Notes under the pieces: generated by a model
Database searches by the model: none
The model's input: the letters and a program-made list of their open reading frames with translations, nothing else
Told to the model about the DNA's origin: nothing
In this document: piece after piece, positions 49,936 through 63,094 of the stretch
Layout: each line of letters opens with the position of its first letter
How positions within the stretch are numbered: the first letter of the stretch is position 1
Program-made: the position numbers and the translations under genes
Source of the DNA: Lama glama
Lineage: Eukaryota
Direction: 5' to 3'
Assembly (NCBI GenBank): GCA_028534125.1
Contig: CM052817.1
Span: forward strand, 67,954,001 to 68,018,000
Length of the DNA stretch: 64,000 nt

Positions 49936-51225
49936 AGTGGGCCATTTATGCAGGGCCCAGAGCAGTGTCGTCCAGCATCTCAGTGAAGCTCTGGTACCTT
50001 CAGTCTATCTTTACCCAGCACTAGCTATTTAATAACCCACTTGTATCTTCCACAAAGTTCGTGCAATCCTGAACCTGTTAGTGAGATGTGATGCATCCAC
50101 CATGAAATCATATTATCTTTACTCCCCAGCAGTGGAGGGACCTCGAAGTTCATCTCATGAAGGCCCTCTGGGGTAATCTGAGGAAGTCTGTAACAGAGTG
50201 GACTGGATCCAGGCAGGACAAATAGAGGTTCCGGATGTGATCCTAAACCAGGCTAAAGACTGGACTTCTCCCCCAAATTCTTCAGCCTCAAACCAGAGGT
50301 AGCCATCATCACTTCATTGACATGTACACGATATATGTTACTCCTCATAACCTGTCATCATGGTTTTCTTTGAGATATCTCCTGACAACTTCCTTGCTTC
50401 TGAAATAAATATTGACCTTAGACTAAAGGAAGAGAACTTAGCCTTGAAAGGTAAAGTGTGAAAGCTGCAAGTGAGTAAAGGAAATGTATTAGGTAATGTC
50501 TTCCACAAATATGAAATAATTAAAAATCTTTCAGAGCAGTTAACTTTTTGTGTTTACTTATATTTTTCAGTTTTAAAACCTGGCAGTTCAGCAAGTTGAG
50601 GCATTTCTTTAATTTGGTACAATAATAAATTCAACACATCTCAAAGAGAAACTATTCAGTGTATCTGGGTTTTTGAATTTTTCAAAAAGTTTCCTAGTAT
50701 ACAAAATCAAGTACAGAACTCGTTTATTGGGATCATTTTTCTTTTATAAATAGCACCACCTCTGGACAACACAACTGCTGCAGGTGCAGGAGAAAAAGTG
50801 CATTCATACCCATTTCATAATGTTTCTTTAATTAAAGGGGACGTCTAAATTCTAAAAATAGACAACCTGATTTAAGCAGGAATGAAGTAGCCCATCTCAG
50901 GTAGGAGCTTTTATTTCAGCTGAGCTTGTTTTTTTGGGAGACTGACTTCTTTCTGCAGCAGGATACTTTCTCAAAGTCAGAGAAGAGGTGCTGGGGAAGA
51001 GTAAGTACCACTTCAATGTGAAAGCAAAGAGCTTTTATTTGGGCCTCTAATGCTCTATAATCTCATTAAAATCAATGCAAGAGGAGAAAGCAGCTTAACA
51101 ACAAAATTTAGTCAGTGGCCACGTGTCTTTTACAGAAACTCAAGGAAAATATCCAGATAATTTTGTCATTCTGCTAGGTAGCTTTTCAAGTAGCCATCTA
51201 CTTACTTACAGTAAACATATTTGGG

Positions 51226-51454
51226 TGGGAGGGATAAATTAGGAGTTTGGAAATTGCAGTACTAACTACTACACATAAAAGAGATGAACAACAAGGTCCT
51301 ACTGTATAGCACAGGGAACTATATTCAGTATCTTGTAATAACCTATAATAAAAAAGAATATGAAAAAGAATAAACATATATGTATAATGGAATCACTATG
51401 CTGTACACCAAAAAATTAACACATCATAAATCAACTGTACTTCAATTAAAAAAA
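51226..51454 (+). mobile_element. Young L1 3' UTR fragment
   Basis: 'gggagggataaattaggagtttgg...caaggtcctactgtatagcacagggaac' with poly(A). TSD aaacatatttggg / aaacatacatggg. Confidence 0.92.
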
Positions 51455-51899
51455 AAACATACATGGGAAACTCAAATGAGACCACAAAGATGAGAGACAG
51501 GGTGTGAATGTTCACCAGGATGGAAGAACTTGATCACAGTGACATCAGCTGCAGGGGCAGCTCCCTCTCCTAGTGGCCACTCTGGTCAAGAAAGTAACTT
51601 TTCATAGATGTCACATAACTAATGTTTCTGTGAGCTTCCTTCTCTGATGACGGGCACAGCAAAATGTAATTTCAAAGATCAAGTGGATGAGATTTTATGG
51701 CCCTTGCCTATCAGCTGTGTTTGTTTCACAGGCTCCATGTACTGAACCACACATCAGGCACTGTTCTATATGCTTCACATACATTATCTCATCTGGTCCT
51801 CATACCGTCCCTAGCAAGTCAAGTTTCATTTCTAGAGATGCGTATCATCTTCTCTTTACTCCCACATGCTTATCATCACATTTCAGGAAGGGGTTGACT

Positions 51900-52342
51900 T
51901 TCATATGACAAGATCCTGATCCACAAGGTCACACTTGACTAGACTAGAGCTGAACACTTGACATCAGGTGGGCGATGCCACTCAAATTCTTATTGTTAGG
52001 AATTTGCAGTTAGATAGAGATAAACCAGGTTGGTCCCTGTTGGGCATTAGAATGGATAAACATCTGATGGAGAGGCCATGTTGGATCCATTTGCAAGCCT
52101 TTGGGGAGAATGAAGAATGATGCAGACAAAGACTGTTTGGCTTTAAGAGAGACTGACTGACTCAGAAGTCCCACTGATGCCTGGCTGTATTTCAGTTCCT
52201 GGATTCACTTGCTGATGAGGTCCGCCACACTGCCTGTCCTTGGGGGTTCATGAGACAGCCTGGATTCTTATAATGACTTCTCCTTTCTTCTTAAATTACC
52301 TTCAGTAGATTTCCCTCAATACAACACAATGGTCTCTAAGAG
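51900..52342 (+). mobile_element. Old MLT1 (J/K/L-type) LTR, apparently splitting an antisense MIR
   Basis: 'tcagttcctggattc...ttcatgagacagcc...ttcttaaattaccttcagtagatttcc...acaacacaatggtctctaaga'. MIR pieces lie at ~51730-51810 and 52345-52480. Confidence 0.5.
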
Positions 52343-54689
52343 AGTATTCTTATCCTCATTCTGTGGAGGAGGAAAAAGACTCGAGAGTTTAAGTGAGATG
52401 TTGCCCAAGATCACGCAGAGTAAAATGTGGAGTTCAAGCCCACATCTCTGGGACTCCAAAGTCTGTGCTTTTCACCATTAGATTCACTCAGACATAAATA
52501 TTTCAACATACATTGTGGACGGCTGAAGCTGTCTGAGTCTTCTAAGCTAGAGCCTTTGTGATTTCAGGGGTTATTGCTGTGTCTTCTTAAAGTTTAACAT
52601 GCAAAACAAATGCTCGTTGGAGACAGACAGGCATAGAGTGTTCGTGTTTTCATCTACATCATTTAGTCGAGGGAAGTGAAACTTCCTGCTTTCCAGCTGA
52701 ATCGGCCATCTCTCAAGGACTGATTCTAATTGCTTTTGCAGAACACATATATCTCCAGTAAGTTAGACCCATCTCCTTCCAAGAAAAAAATTCCATTTTC
52801 CTCTGGTCAATTTTCTATGCACAATTTATCATCACTAGACCATCCTTATTGTTTAGCTTCGTGGACTGTTTCCCAGAAGAAATTGACGTATATCTTTTTC
52901 TCTAACTAGCCATGAACCCAGAGTTACTCATATAACTTCTGAAGAGCCCAACTTCAGAGTTTAGCTATTAGCCTCCCTTTATGGAGAAAGAAAGCTCACC
53001 TAAGTGATCCTATTACCCTTCCCGAGCTCCCTTGGCTCTCATCCGGGGCTGGGAGGCCTCCCCACTCCATCACCCCATATAACTGCCTGGCTCACAAGAA
53101 TCTGGACTTGGGCCACTCTGATTCAGTGATTATGAGCATGGTTTAGGTTAAGATGTTTGTATTGTCGTTCAGGCAAAAACCATCACTTGCTACACCTCCA
53201 TCAATTTTGGTTAAATTTGTTACACTCATAATAGTATAACATCGACAAAAATTTTTAAAAAATCACCCAGCTGCCCACCACTCTAATAAATCACCTGCCT
53301 CAGCTTGTCCACATGAATACTTTTTAACCTTATTTTAATCATAATCAATGCTACTTTGTATTTAGTTTCCCTTCACCTAACTTGTCAGAAGGCACTTTTC
53401 TGTACTGCTGATTTTTTCAGTCATCATTAGGAAGGCCACATCCTCCCAGTGCACCCATCACTTCTTTGGCAAAAGATTTTGGGATTTTACTGAACTTAGG
53501 GTCCAAGAGCAACAGATAAAGAAGCTGGGGATGAAGGCAATGAGGCCTTTTGTCCTGAGGGCAGGGCAGGTCAGTAGGGACATGTAGTTCCAATTGCGAC
53601 TTGTATTTTCAATGAGTAAGTTATGTGCCCCTACCTTCTGTCCAGATAGGTCCCAGGTGTGTTACAGAGAAACCTAAGATGGAGTTCTCCCTTCTGATCC
53701 CAGCTGTGACTCCAAGGGACTTGCAGTGTCTCTGGAACTACTGGGGGACACCTTCTCCTCGAGACCATCAGTCAGGGCTTCTAGCAGACTTTCTAGGAAA
53801 AAGTGCCTCTTTGTGGCTAGTGGAAAAGGCACAGTGATCTAGGCCTGGATCTAGAAATGTAAATCTGGGTAAGCAAAACATACTAATATTCTAAAACACA
53901 CACACGTACACACTTTTCAAAACAAACCAGTTAATTTTCTTGTTAAATACAAAGACATGGAACCACATAGTAACACAAAAAACAAAAAGGAGGGGGAAAA
54001 GAGGGGTTCCATGTTTCTTAATGTGTGTGCTCCTATCATCCCTCAGCCTTACCTTTCAAAGGGGGTTCACTCTTATTTTAAATCAAACCTTAGTGTTTAA
54101 AAAGGTATACAATTTGCTACTTTGTTACTCAGTTGTCAAAAGCTCCAATGTACTCAATGCACCTGTTTGAGTATTTCTTGCTTCCCAGAGAAGCCTGTCT
54201 CAGATCAGCTCCATCTTCTAGGTCACCCTTCCTTCCGATCAGGGGCTGCTCCCTTCAGTAGAGGTCTCCACGCTAGTCCTGCTGAAGCAGCCTGAAATAC
54301 CTCTTCTCTTGCCTTTTACTGTGGCCACAATGATGTCACTCTCACCTGTTTCGGAGCTGATTCCTAAACTCAGGACTAAGTAACAGCCCCTGCCACTAAA
54401 GATCAGATTATTTTGAACCATAACCAATGTAGATTTACTGCAGTCAACCCATTTACCCAACAGTTCTAAATTAAACACAGATATACTCAACATGTGTGCT
54501 AAGAAGACTTATAAAGGAGAAACACTATTTGCCAAGCTTCAAAGGTTTTAACTTAGAGTTTTCATGACAGGTAATCTGTTGAGAATAGTAGACACCTGTA
54601 AAATGGTGGAGTGATAACTCACTCTACCACTCACTTTAAAGTGGTAGTGGTAACTCAAAAAAATTAAATTTTAATTAAAAACTTTAAAA

Positions 54690-55600
54690 TTGAAAACTCA
54701 GGTCAGTGGGCTTTCCTCTAATCCCACCCTCCTTGAGCACTCTGTAGCATTCAATGCGACTGTCCATTTACCCTCCATCCCTGCTCTGGCTCCCAAGGCA
54801 CCCATAATACTAGGCTAGTTTTACTCTCATTTCTTGCTCTGCACCTTCAGAGTTTCTTCCTGTTTCCTCAGGGAGGCCATTCGCTCCAAAAAACCCCCTG
54901 CAATTATCACCTCCATGTAGCTTGTTGGGATCAGCTGGGAGTAGTAATAGAAACCTAACTTGAAGCAACATAAAAATGCAAAAGCCATTTAATGTAATTA
55001 ATGCCAGGCAAGAATGAAGCTGAGCCTTAGGAACGTCTGTGATCAGAGACTCAAAACATGGCCTTTTTTTCTCTTTTGCTGATTTTGTTTTCTTTTTCTC
55101 TGTATCTATTTCATTTTCCTTTATGCAGACCGAATTTACGTCTCTTTTGTTACAGAGAGCAGGAAGACTGGGCTACAATGTCTTGGTCTCAATTCCAAAT
55201 CTTTAAGACAGGATATTAATTGACTCCACTTAGGCTTGGGTCTTAAATAAATCAATTTTGACTGTGGGTCCAGTCAAAGGAAAGGGTCAGGTGCTCACCT
55301 AGGATTGATCAGCTAAGACTAAGTGGTCTAAGAACATGGTATCTCTAATAGCCACCTCCAGACCTAACTTCTTACCCCAGCATATAACGATTTGCTGGCT
55401 AGTGCCACATACTGCCACCTCAAATTTAACAAGCCTGAAACTGACCTCATCATTTCCCACCCCAATAAATAAGCTACCCTCACCCCCACCTTTACTCTTG
55501 GTGAATGAATGGTACCAGCATCTGCTCAGCATCCTTAGCCCAAACCTTGAAATCATCTTGTCTCACCTCTTTCTCTCTCCTCCATGTGCAATCATCAGTT
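54690..55600 (+). mobile_element. L2 relic interrupted by a probable old antisense MLT1 LTR (~54920-55300)
   Basis: 'ctgtagcattcaatgcgactgtcca...' and 'cacctcaaatttaacaagcctgaaactgacctcatc...gtgaatgaatggtaccagcatc...cccaaaccttgaaatcatcttg'. Confidence 0.6.
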
Positions 55601-55614
55601 TGTATAAGGGAAAT

Positions 55615-55850
55615 ATATAGTATTTAGTGGACACTTACTGTGTGCCTCTAAATGATATATACATTATTGCATTTAATTTTCAAAACAAACCCATAAGTAG
55701 ATTCTATCGATAAAGTCATTTTATAGAAAAAGGAGATTGAGGCTTAAAAAAAAAAATCTTGCCCAAGCTCACACAGCTAAGTAATGGCCCTAGGAAGCCA
55801 GCTGAACTCTGTTTGACTTCAGAGCTTCTAACCACCATGCCATACCACCT
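55615..55850 (-). mobile_element. MIR SINE
   Basis: 'cacttactgtgtgcc...cattttatagaaaaaggagattgaggctt...cttgcccaagctcacacagctaagtaatggc'. Confidence 0.85.
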
Positions 55851-56495
55851 CATTTCTTTTGAATCATGTTTGTTACTTCGGATCCCTGGTGTCTCACATC
55901 CTGCAAATTCCTCTCCATCACCTTGTGCATCCGTACAAACAGCCCTGGCACTGCCCTCCCCTACAGCTGTTCAGTCCTGAAGCTGCCCTGGAACCTGGAG
56001 CCATATGCGAGAAACCCAGATTGTCAGCACTCCCAGTGTTTCATGCCTTGATGGTTGTGTATGAAAATTTCTATAATCGAAGTTTTTTTTTTAAAGCATT
56101 TCAGTGTGTTTGCTTGTCCTATTTTCCCTTTAAATCATGCATTCCTCTGTATCTTCTATGTTTTTCATGACTCACTAGGCACCTACCAAAATCCCAGAGC
56201 ATAAAGTGCTTTTGATGGCTGTAACTACTGATTGTTGGCCTCCGGTATGGATGTCACCTTCTCTCTGACTGGATGTCCCTTACCTGAAGACTCCTATTAC
56301 TATTTCTAGGGAACTTTTTCCCCACAATGTGCCTCAGTTTTCTAGAACACTACTTTTCTGGAAATCGGACTCAGGTAAACCTCACAATCCTCTGCCAGAG
56401 GCCACTTCCCCGGGAACATGCTGTATTGACCTTCTTTCACACACCACTTTCTGTTGTCCACTGCTGATTTTCCACTGGTCATGGTGAGTAGTTGT

Positions 56496-56950
56496 GTTGT
56501 AGGCAGACTTTAAAATGGTGCCCAACGATCCTTGCCTCCTGGTATCCACTCACATTTATTCCCTCCCCTCAAGTGTAGGCTGAACCTGGTGGCTTACTTC
56601 TAGCCAATAGGCTACAGCGTGATGATGTGATGTCACTTGCATGATTAGCTTACAGAAGACTGTGACTGCCATCTGGGAGATTTCCTTCTTGGCTTGTGCT
56701 CTTTGGTGATGCAAGCTGCCACATTGGAGAGGCCTCAGGCCAGTAGGCAGCAAGAAACCGAACCTTCCCAATAACTGTGAAAGCTTGGAATCAAATCCTC
56801 CCCCAGTCACGTCTTGAGATGTCCCTGAAGTAGAGAACCCGGTTAAGCCCTGCCTGGATTCCTGATTCAAAGAAATCGTGAGATAATGCATGTTTGTTTA
56901 GTCAGTTAAATTGTGTTGATAATCTATTATGCAGAAATAGATTAATAAAG
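56496..56950 (+). mobile_element. MLT1F/G-type MaLR solo LTR
   Basis: 'tgtaggcagactttaaaatggtgcccaacgatccttgcctcctgg...ggattcctgattcaaagaaatcgtgagataat...tattatgcagaaatagattaat'. Confidence 0.85.
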
Positions 56951-57299
56951 TAACAGAAGTCAAAAAACCCATTTACCCCCTATCATGTGAATGTAATCAT
57001 GTATTTTTTTACTCTTTAGAGAAAATTATTTTGGTAACTGTTTAACTTTACTGTGAGTCAGACAACAGGCTATTTTGTTCCTTCTTAGTGTTTCTAGTGG
57101 ACAGCTCCCAGGGTCCTACACTAGGAATAGAGAGAGGCAAATGCAGATCTGAGGCTATTTTTTCCCTTTAATGCTCCAATACTTGGGAAGTGCACTCCCA
57201 ACATAGTTATGGGACATATGAGTTCAAAGGGTGATCTCGTGATCATTATCTCATGTGAATCTTTCAGCGTGACTTCCCACCACACTCAGCTCACATGCT

Positions 57300-57640
57300 T
57301 TCTGCCGCCAATTTCTTGATATAATATAGTTTTGCCTAAATACTGCACACTGACAATTTAATTTCCAAATGTAAAAATAGTGTATTAGTTCGTAAGATTA
57401 ATAAGAAGAGTAGGGGACAATCTCTTTATGATCTGAAATTAATTAATTGATTAATCAATCCCAAAGTGCATGCAAATCAGGCTGCCAGATAGTCTATTAA
57501 TGATCAGTTGTCATAAAGAAGTGAAAATGAACGACCCTTTCTTCTGATGCTGTCACAACTTTGGCAATTAATGACCGTATTCTCTGTGATTAGTGAAAAA
57601 GCTACCAGACGGTAACATTATTTCCTTCTACCTGAAGTTG
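57300..57640. promoter_or_regulatory. Candidate developmental enhancer (homeodomain/PBX-HOX/MEIS/octamer cluster)
   Basis: Repeat-free AT-rich block with palindrome attgattaatcaat (57446-57459), ATGCAAAT (57470-57477) and several TGACA/TGTCA and TAAT motifs. Motif evidence only. Confidence 0.4.
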
Positions 57641-60600
57641 TACTCCCATTTTCACAAATTACAGGAAGATAATTGTCTTTGTGAACTATTTTCCTGGGAC
57701 CAGAATTTTGACACTGATCCTGTCATCAAAGATCCATGTCCTATATGAAGCAATTGCCAAATTTCCATTTGTGAAGAAAATAAATAAACAAAGACTCATT
57801 GTTTCTCCCTTTTATTTTTCCTCCAAGAGGCACCACCGTATACCATACTTATGGATGTGCACACAAAATGTCAGGCATAATCATGTTTGCCGGTTAGATC
57901 GTCCCTCTGAGGGAAGGCAAAGAGGGGAGGAAGCCAAATTCATCTGCATGTAAAAAGTACCTCCTCTCTCCAGTAAAAAAGTATGATCTTACTCAAAATT
58001 ACATTATAAAATGGATGCACATGTAGGTATCAGCAAATAATCCTGTGGCACAGTACCCCCAAGCATCCAACCCTGAGGCCAACTGTCAACACTCCTCACA
58101 TAATATGTTCCTTGTAATACATTGCAAACAGCTTTCATGGGATGGACAATTGCTTAGAGAGGGTGAATTTGTGCCACCGTGCATTTGGCCAACATTGATT
58201 CCAGCTCTCATACCACCTGTTTTCTCTGGAATGCCGTCTCTGTTTTAAATCTTTCATTCAGTGCACACTGGAAGAAAAGCACTAAGGAGTGGCGAACCTC
58301 ATTTGTTGCACTTCCTGTTTCACACCATGGGAAAACATCCACCCAAACAGATGCTAGTCCAAAGACAGTATTTTTAATAGCCTGGTTGGTTTGCGTTCCT
58401 CCCCCTTTTTCGACATACTAACACACCGTCCAAAACTTAAGACTGAGCCACGCTTTCATTGCCCAATGTAACTGTTAAAGGGAAAATCGCCACAGATTTG
58501 CATTCATCTCTTTCTTGTCCCCAGCATGGCATACTGGGGGCCACAGACTGGAAATGCACCAAAAATGAGGAAAAAGCATATCATTAGACTCACAGAAAGA
58601 AAACATAATTTTGCCCCCAAATTCGTTATATCACAAGTACTATTTTTAAATTTAAAATGTTAAGCCATACATTGAATTAGAGGACTGACATTTGATCTTT
58701 AATTCATAGTCACATTCACAAGAAATATGATCAGGTTGAGGAGTGGTTAAAAATCAAATTACGGCTGGAGAGCCTACCAGTAAGTTCTGTTACAAAAAAG
58801 AAATCTCCATATAAAGAATGCTGTATTGTCTCATAACCACAGCCATTTAAAATATCTATTAGTTGGGAAAAAACTTACAGCAAAGAATGGCAAAAATGAT
58901 GTATATGTTCATTTCCACAAATCATGACAATGCAATTATTTTTAAACACATACCGTAGGAAGGGGCCAACAATTACCTTTCTCCTTTAAAGACTGCAAAG
59001 TACACAGAAAAGCTTGACAGAACACACAAGCAAATCCAAAACAATGGGCTTGGATTCAGATGATCTTGTTTCAGGTCAGACTCCCTTACTGGGTAGCTGG
59101 GTGGGCTTTAGCAATTAACCTCTCTGGGCACTACTGGCCTGAATTGACACGCAAGACTCTTTCCATTTCCAACTGTTCTATCTTCTAAATCTTCCTTCAG
59201 ATGCAGAGAGGCAACCTACAGCCTCCACCTACGGAGCCTTCGGCACATTTCTGCATTATATAAAATCTGCTTATAAGTGGCTGGGTATAGCCTACAGCAC
59301 TCATTCTACTGTAAGTTACATTTATAGGACTTCTTTTGAGGGGCAGAAAGGTCGAGGCTGGGGTGGATACTGGTAAAAGTCAAATTATGGTTTGAAAGCC
59401 TACCAAGAAGTTCTAACATCTTCATGAGTAAATTAGTTTTAAATTGTTCTTAAATATGAAGGGAAAGGAGAAATCAGAGAGTGACATTTAATATTGTGGG
59501 AAGGGAAGGGAAAACTAACTTTTCCGTGAGAAAATATTCCCTGAAATACAGTGGAGTTTAAAGTGGAGTTAGAAGTTGTTTTTTTTTTTTTAATGAGAGT
59601 TTATCAACTGAACTATTTATATCAGAGCCACATGGATTGCGCTTCTCTAATTTCTCACTACATATTCATCTTACTTGTTCTGCCACTCGAGATTATTCAG
59701 GCTTTTGATCTTGTGGTGTTTCTGTTCTGAAAATCAAAATATGTTACCTCTGCTTTCAGGTTCGGGAGGTCAAGTTTCAAACATGGAAGTTATTATCAAT
59801 AATTATACCAAACCCCAAGTAAGAAGCCATTCTGGGACAAGAATTTTGGCCTTTGAGCCTTGAGTCTATTTTTATTTTGAAGTATTCCGTGTTTATTTTT
59901 GCCTCATATTCCATAAAAAAGCAGCAGTAAACATGTGATGATCAGCCTTAGCATTTTCACAATTACGGTACTGTTTTTAAGCCAGCTGAACTTTTCTTCC
60001 CTGGGGCATAAGAGGAATCTTGTGTAGAACCCTCAAATGCCTTAAATACTAATAATAGATAAGACCCTTCCCAGAGAGTCTTACATTCTGGATATCACTT
60101 ACTCACTTGGGAAAACAAAAACGAGCAACATTAATCATTGTTTCAGAAAGCATAAGATAATATTCTAGGCGGCATTAAAAAGTATATGGACTGCATCAAA
60201 AGTAAGTATCAGGGTTTTTTCTTTTCTTTTGACACTAGAAAGATGGTTGCTGAATTCATTTGAGGGTTCCACAGCAAACAACCACCACCCCAAAAACAAT
60301 AAAATAGAAAGGATTTCAAGAAAAATATCAATGAGTAGAATTTTCAGAGGCAAGAATTATGCAGCTTGCAAAAAAAAGAGAGAGAGAGAGATTCAATGCT
60401 TAATTTCATGCTTTAAAGATTTGTGAGGAGTTTTCTGAGTACAGTGATCAGGTCTATATACTTCAAAAATAAAGTTAAAGGCACCGGTATTTAGGTTAGA
60501 TATGTTAAATCTCCTCTTTCGGAGATCCCTAAAAGGAAGAGATTTTTATATTTCAAAGATCTTACATGGCCTCGGAACAGAGCAGAGATACCCTCAAAAT

Positions 60601-60894
60601 GCTTTCCGCTGCAGAAACAGAACACTGACTTCAGATGCAGGAGGCCGGTGATTTCCAGGAATCCACTTAACCTCTAAACGTAATGTAATAAGTAAAATGG
60701 AAAAAATATCTGTCTTCCTTACAGGATGCTGTAGCAATTTAATACAACAAGCATGAATTGTTAATGTGTAAAACAATAAGACTAAAATTGTCTTGACACA
60801 ACCTGTGCTCTCAGTGCGTTTATAATCCAGCAGCAGAGGCAATGTGAACAACTCTAATATCAGCTACAGTGACCAAAATCCTGTAATGGGGGAA

Positions 60895-61050
60895 TAAATC
60901 AATACTGCTACGCTTTCTCAGAGGAGAAAGTGATTGATTTCAACGTGAAGGGTGGGGAAGGTTTCACAGAAAAGGCAGCATTTGAGCTGAACTTGGAGGA
61001 TAAGAAAGAGCTCAAGAAGCAATGAGATACAGTGGACAGGGCTTCAGGTG
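60895..61050 (-). mobile_element. L2 relic
   Basis: 'gggaaggtttcacagaaaaggcagcatttgagctgaacttggaggataag'. Confidence 0.65.
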
Positions 61051-61564
61051 GTCCTGGAGTCAACAGCCCGAGTTTCGCTCCACTTCTGCCTGCATCACTT
61101 ACCTGTTTCGACTCCTCAGGGCTGTCGCAACAGAAGCACATGCCTCTCTCTCATGGTGCCTTAGGAAGACAGAAGCCAGGTGTGGGGCTCGGTGGCCAAT
61201 TATAATGGGCTCGCTTTATCTAATGTCTGATAACTTAGAAATCAAAAGTGATTCTCATCAGGTATACATTTTTCAGACTTGAAACCCAAAACACTTTTGA
61301 AATTTAATACTAAACTTAGTATAATTTTTATACAATTTTTATTCCTTTTCATTTTTTTCTAACATGAGGCAGTGATAATATTCTCTGTATGAGTCCATTA
61401 CAAAGGCAGACATCTAGTTTTCTTTCTCCTTTTTAAGAGTAGAGAATCTCAAACAGAACATTAACATGGAGAAATTCTCAATATGATGTAACCCTTGATT
61501 ATCTAAACCAATGGGTTTAAAATTTTAAAGGCTCCACGGGAGTGGCAGGGAAAACAAGTCTGTG

Positions 61565-61685
61565 GCCTTGTCTCCCAGAAATTCTGATTTAGCAGATTTT
61601 AGGGAAAGGGAGAAATCTGTACTTTAAGAAGCATTCAAGTGATTCTGGAGCAGGTGCTTCATCGACCCCACTGGCAAACACTCAT
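61565..61685. mobile_element. MER5-family MITE fragment
   Basis: 'cccagaaattctgatttagcag...aatctgtactttaagaagcattcaagtgattctggagcagg'. Confidence 0.6.
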
Positions 61686-62690
61686 CTATACCTTGGATGG
61701 AATATAGAAAAAAGGATGAAAAGAACAGACCCTGACCCAGAACTTGAGGATGCGATCCACTGAATAGAAAGACAGCACTAATCAGGGACAGAGGTAAATC
61801 AGCAGTCACCTGAGGCTCTTGACCTATGATGAGGCAATGAACCCCTTCTGGGGATAAATCATCAAATGTTGCTATTAGTGAGTATACGAACTGTGAAACA
61901 TGCATGCAGTCCTCGATGGAGGACTGGATTTTATGATATCCAGTGTGCTCCTTCTGTAGAATAATGGAGTGATACAAAATGTATCATGTATGAAATGACT
62001 GAAAAATAAAGAAAGGTTCATAGAAATTTCACAGAGTAAAATAAAAGCAAGCTTGAGAAAAACCGATCTTCGACAGCCCACCTCTTTGATTTTTCATTTC
62101 CATGGAAACTGGCTGTGGGTGTTTGCCTAAAATTTCATCCATGGGTCATTTTTGGCTTCCTAATTTGTTTGGGGCACTTTTAACAATGATTCATTCTATT
62201 TTTTCGCAGGATTTTTCCTCTATAAGTAGATAGTATAAAATCTATTCAAGTTAATCATTCTGTGGGAATGGGGTGGCGAAGATCAGATTAGCTAGTCCAG
62301 AAGATATTCTGAAACAATCATGAAATAGCCACTCACTGAAATATAACTGTCAGCATCATAATATGATGACTATGGAGCAATGTAGAAAGATGCTTATAAT
62401 AAAAGTTAAAGTTCAGAGTCACATATTTAGGATTATAACTATGTAAGATCATATACTATGGAGACAGCTGGGATTACCTGTGCTGTAGTGAGCAAGGCTC
62501 ACTCACTAACAGGGCAGCATCTGAGCACCACTGACTGCTGGGAGGAGGGGAGCCAACTACGAGGTGTGAATTGTGCCACAAGACACCCAGCAGACATGGC
62601 TTCTCTCTGCCAACTCTCAGGAGACTAATATGCCACATGCCATAAACCATTAATCTATTCTTTGATAATTCAGCTTAATATTTACAACCA

Positions 62691-62917
62691 CAGTTAACCC
62701 TCGAACAACGGGGTTAGGCGAGCTGACCCTCCCTGCAGTCAAAACTCTGTGTATAACGTAGAGTTGTCCCACTCTGTATATGTGGTTCCTCTTTATCTGC
62801 ACTTGGCATCCCTGGATCAAACTGAGTAGTGCAGATCATGCAGCATTTACTACGAAAAGAAATCTGCACGTAAGTGGACCTGCGCAGCTCAAACCCATGT
62901 TGTTGAAGGGTCAACTG
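62691..62917. mobile_element. MER8/Tigger2-like MITE
   Basis: TIRs cagttaaccctcgaacaac / gttgttgaagggtcaactg followed by TA, plus 'aagtggacctgcgcagctcaaacccatg'. Confidence 0.88.
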
Positions 62918-63094
62918 TACTGAAACAATGGTTGTTCTCTATTTTATTTTATATCTTTCACTAAGTTTTATTATTTTTTCATAACTTATATCAAGCCACC
63001 AATACCTGAAATTAAAAATAGATTCTCTCCTTAACATTCTTTGATGTCCCTCATAGAGGCTCAGACTTTCCCAGAGACTTCTCAACTGAATATT

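Noticed and set aside
50751..50769. CTCF-like motif (reverse complement ...CCAGAGGTGGTGCTA)
   Set aside because: The 5' half of the core mismatches, so it cannot be supported without ChIP data.
58954..58992. Minus-strand micro-exon (tttgcag| acceptor; donors at 58977 or 58954)
   Set aside because: Very short, ambiguous donors and no identifiable peptide; expected by chance in 64 kb.
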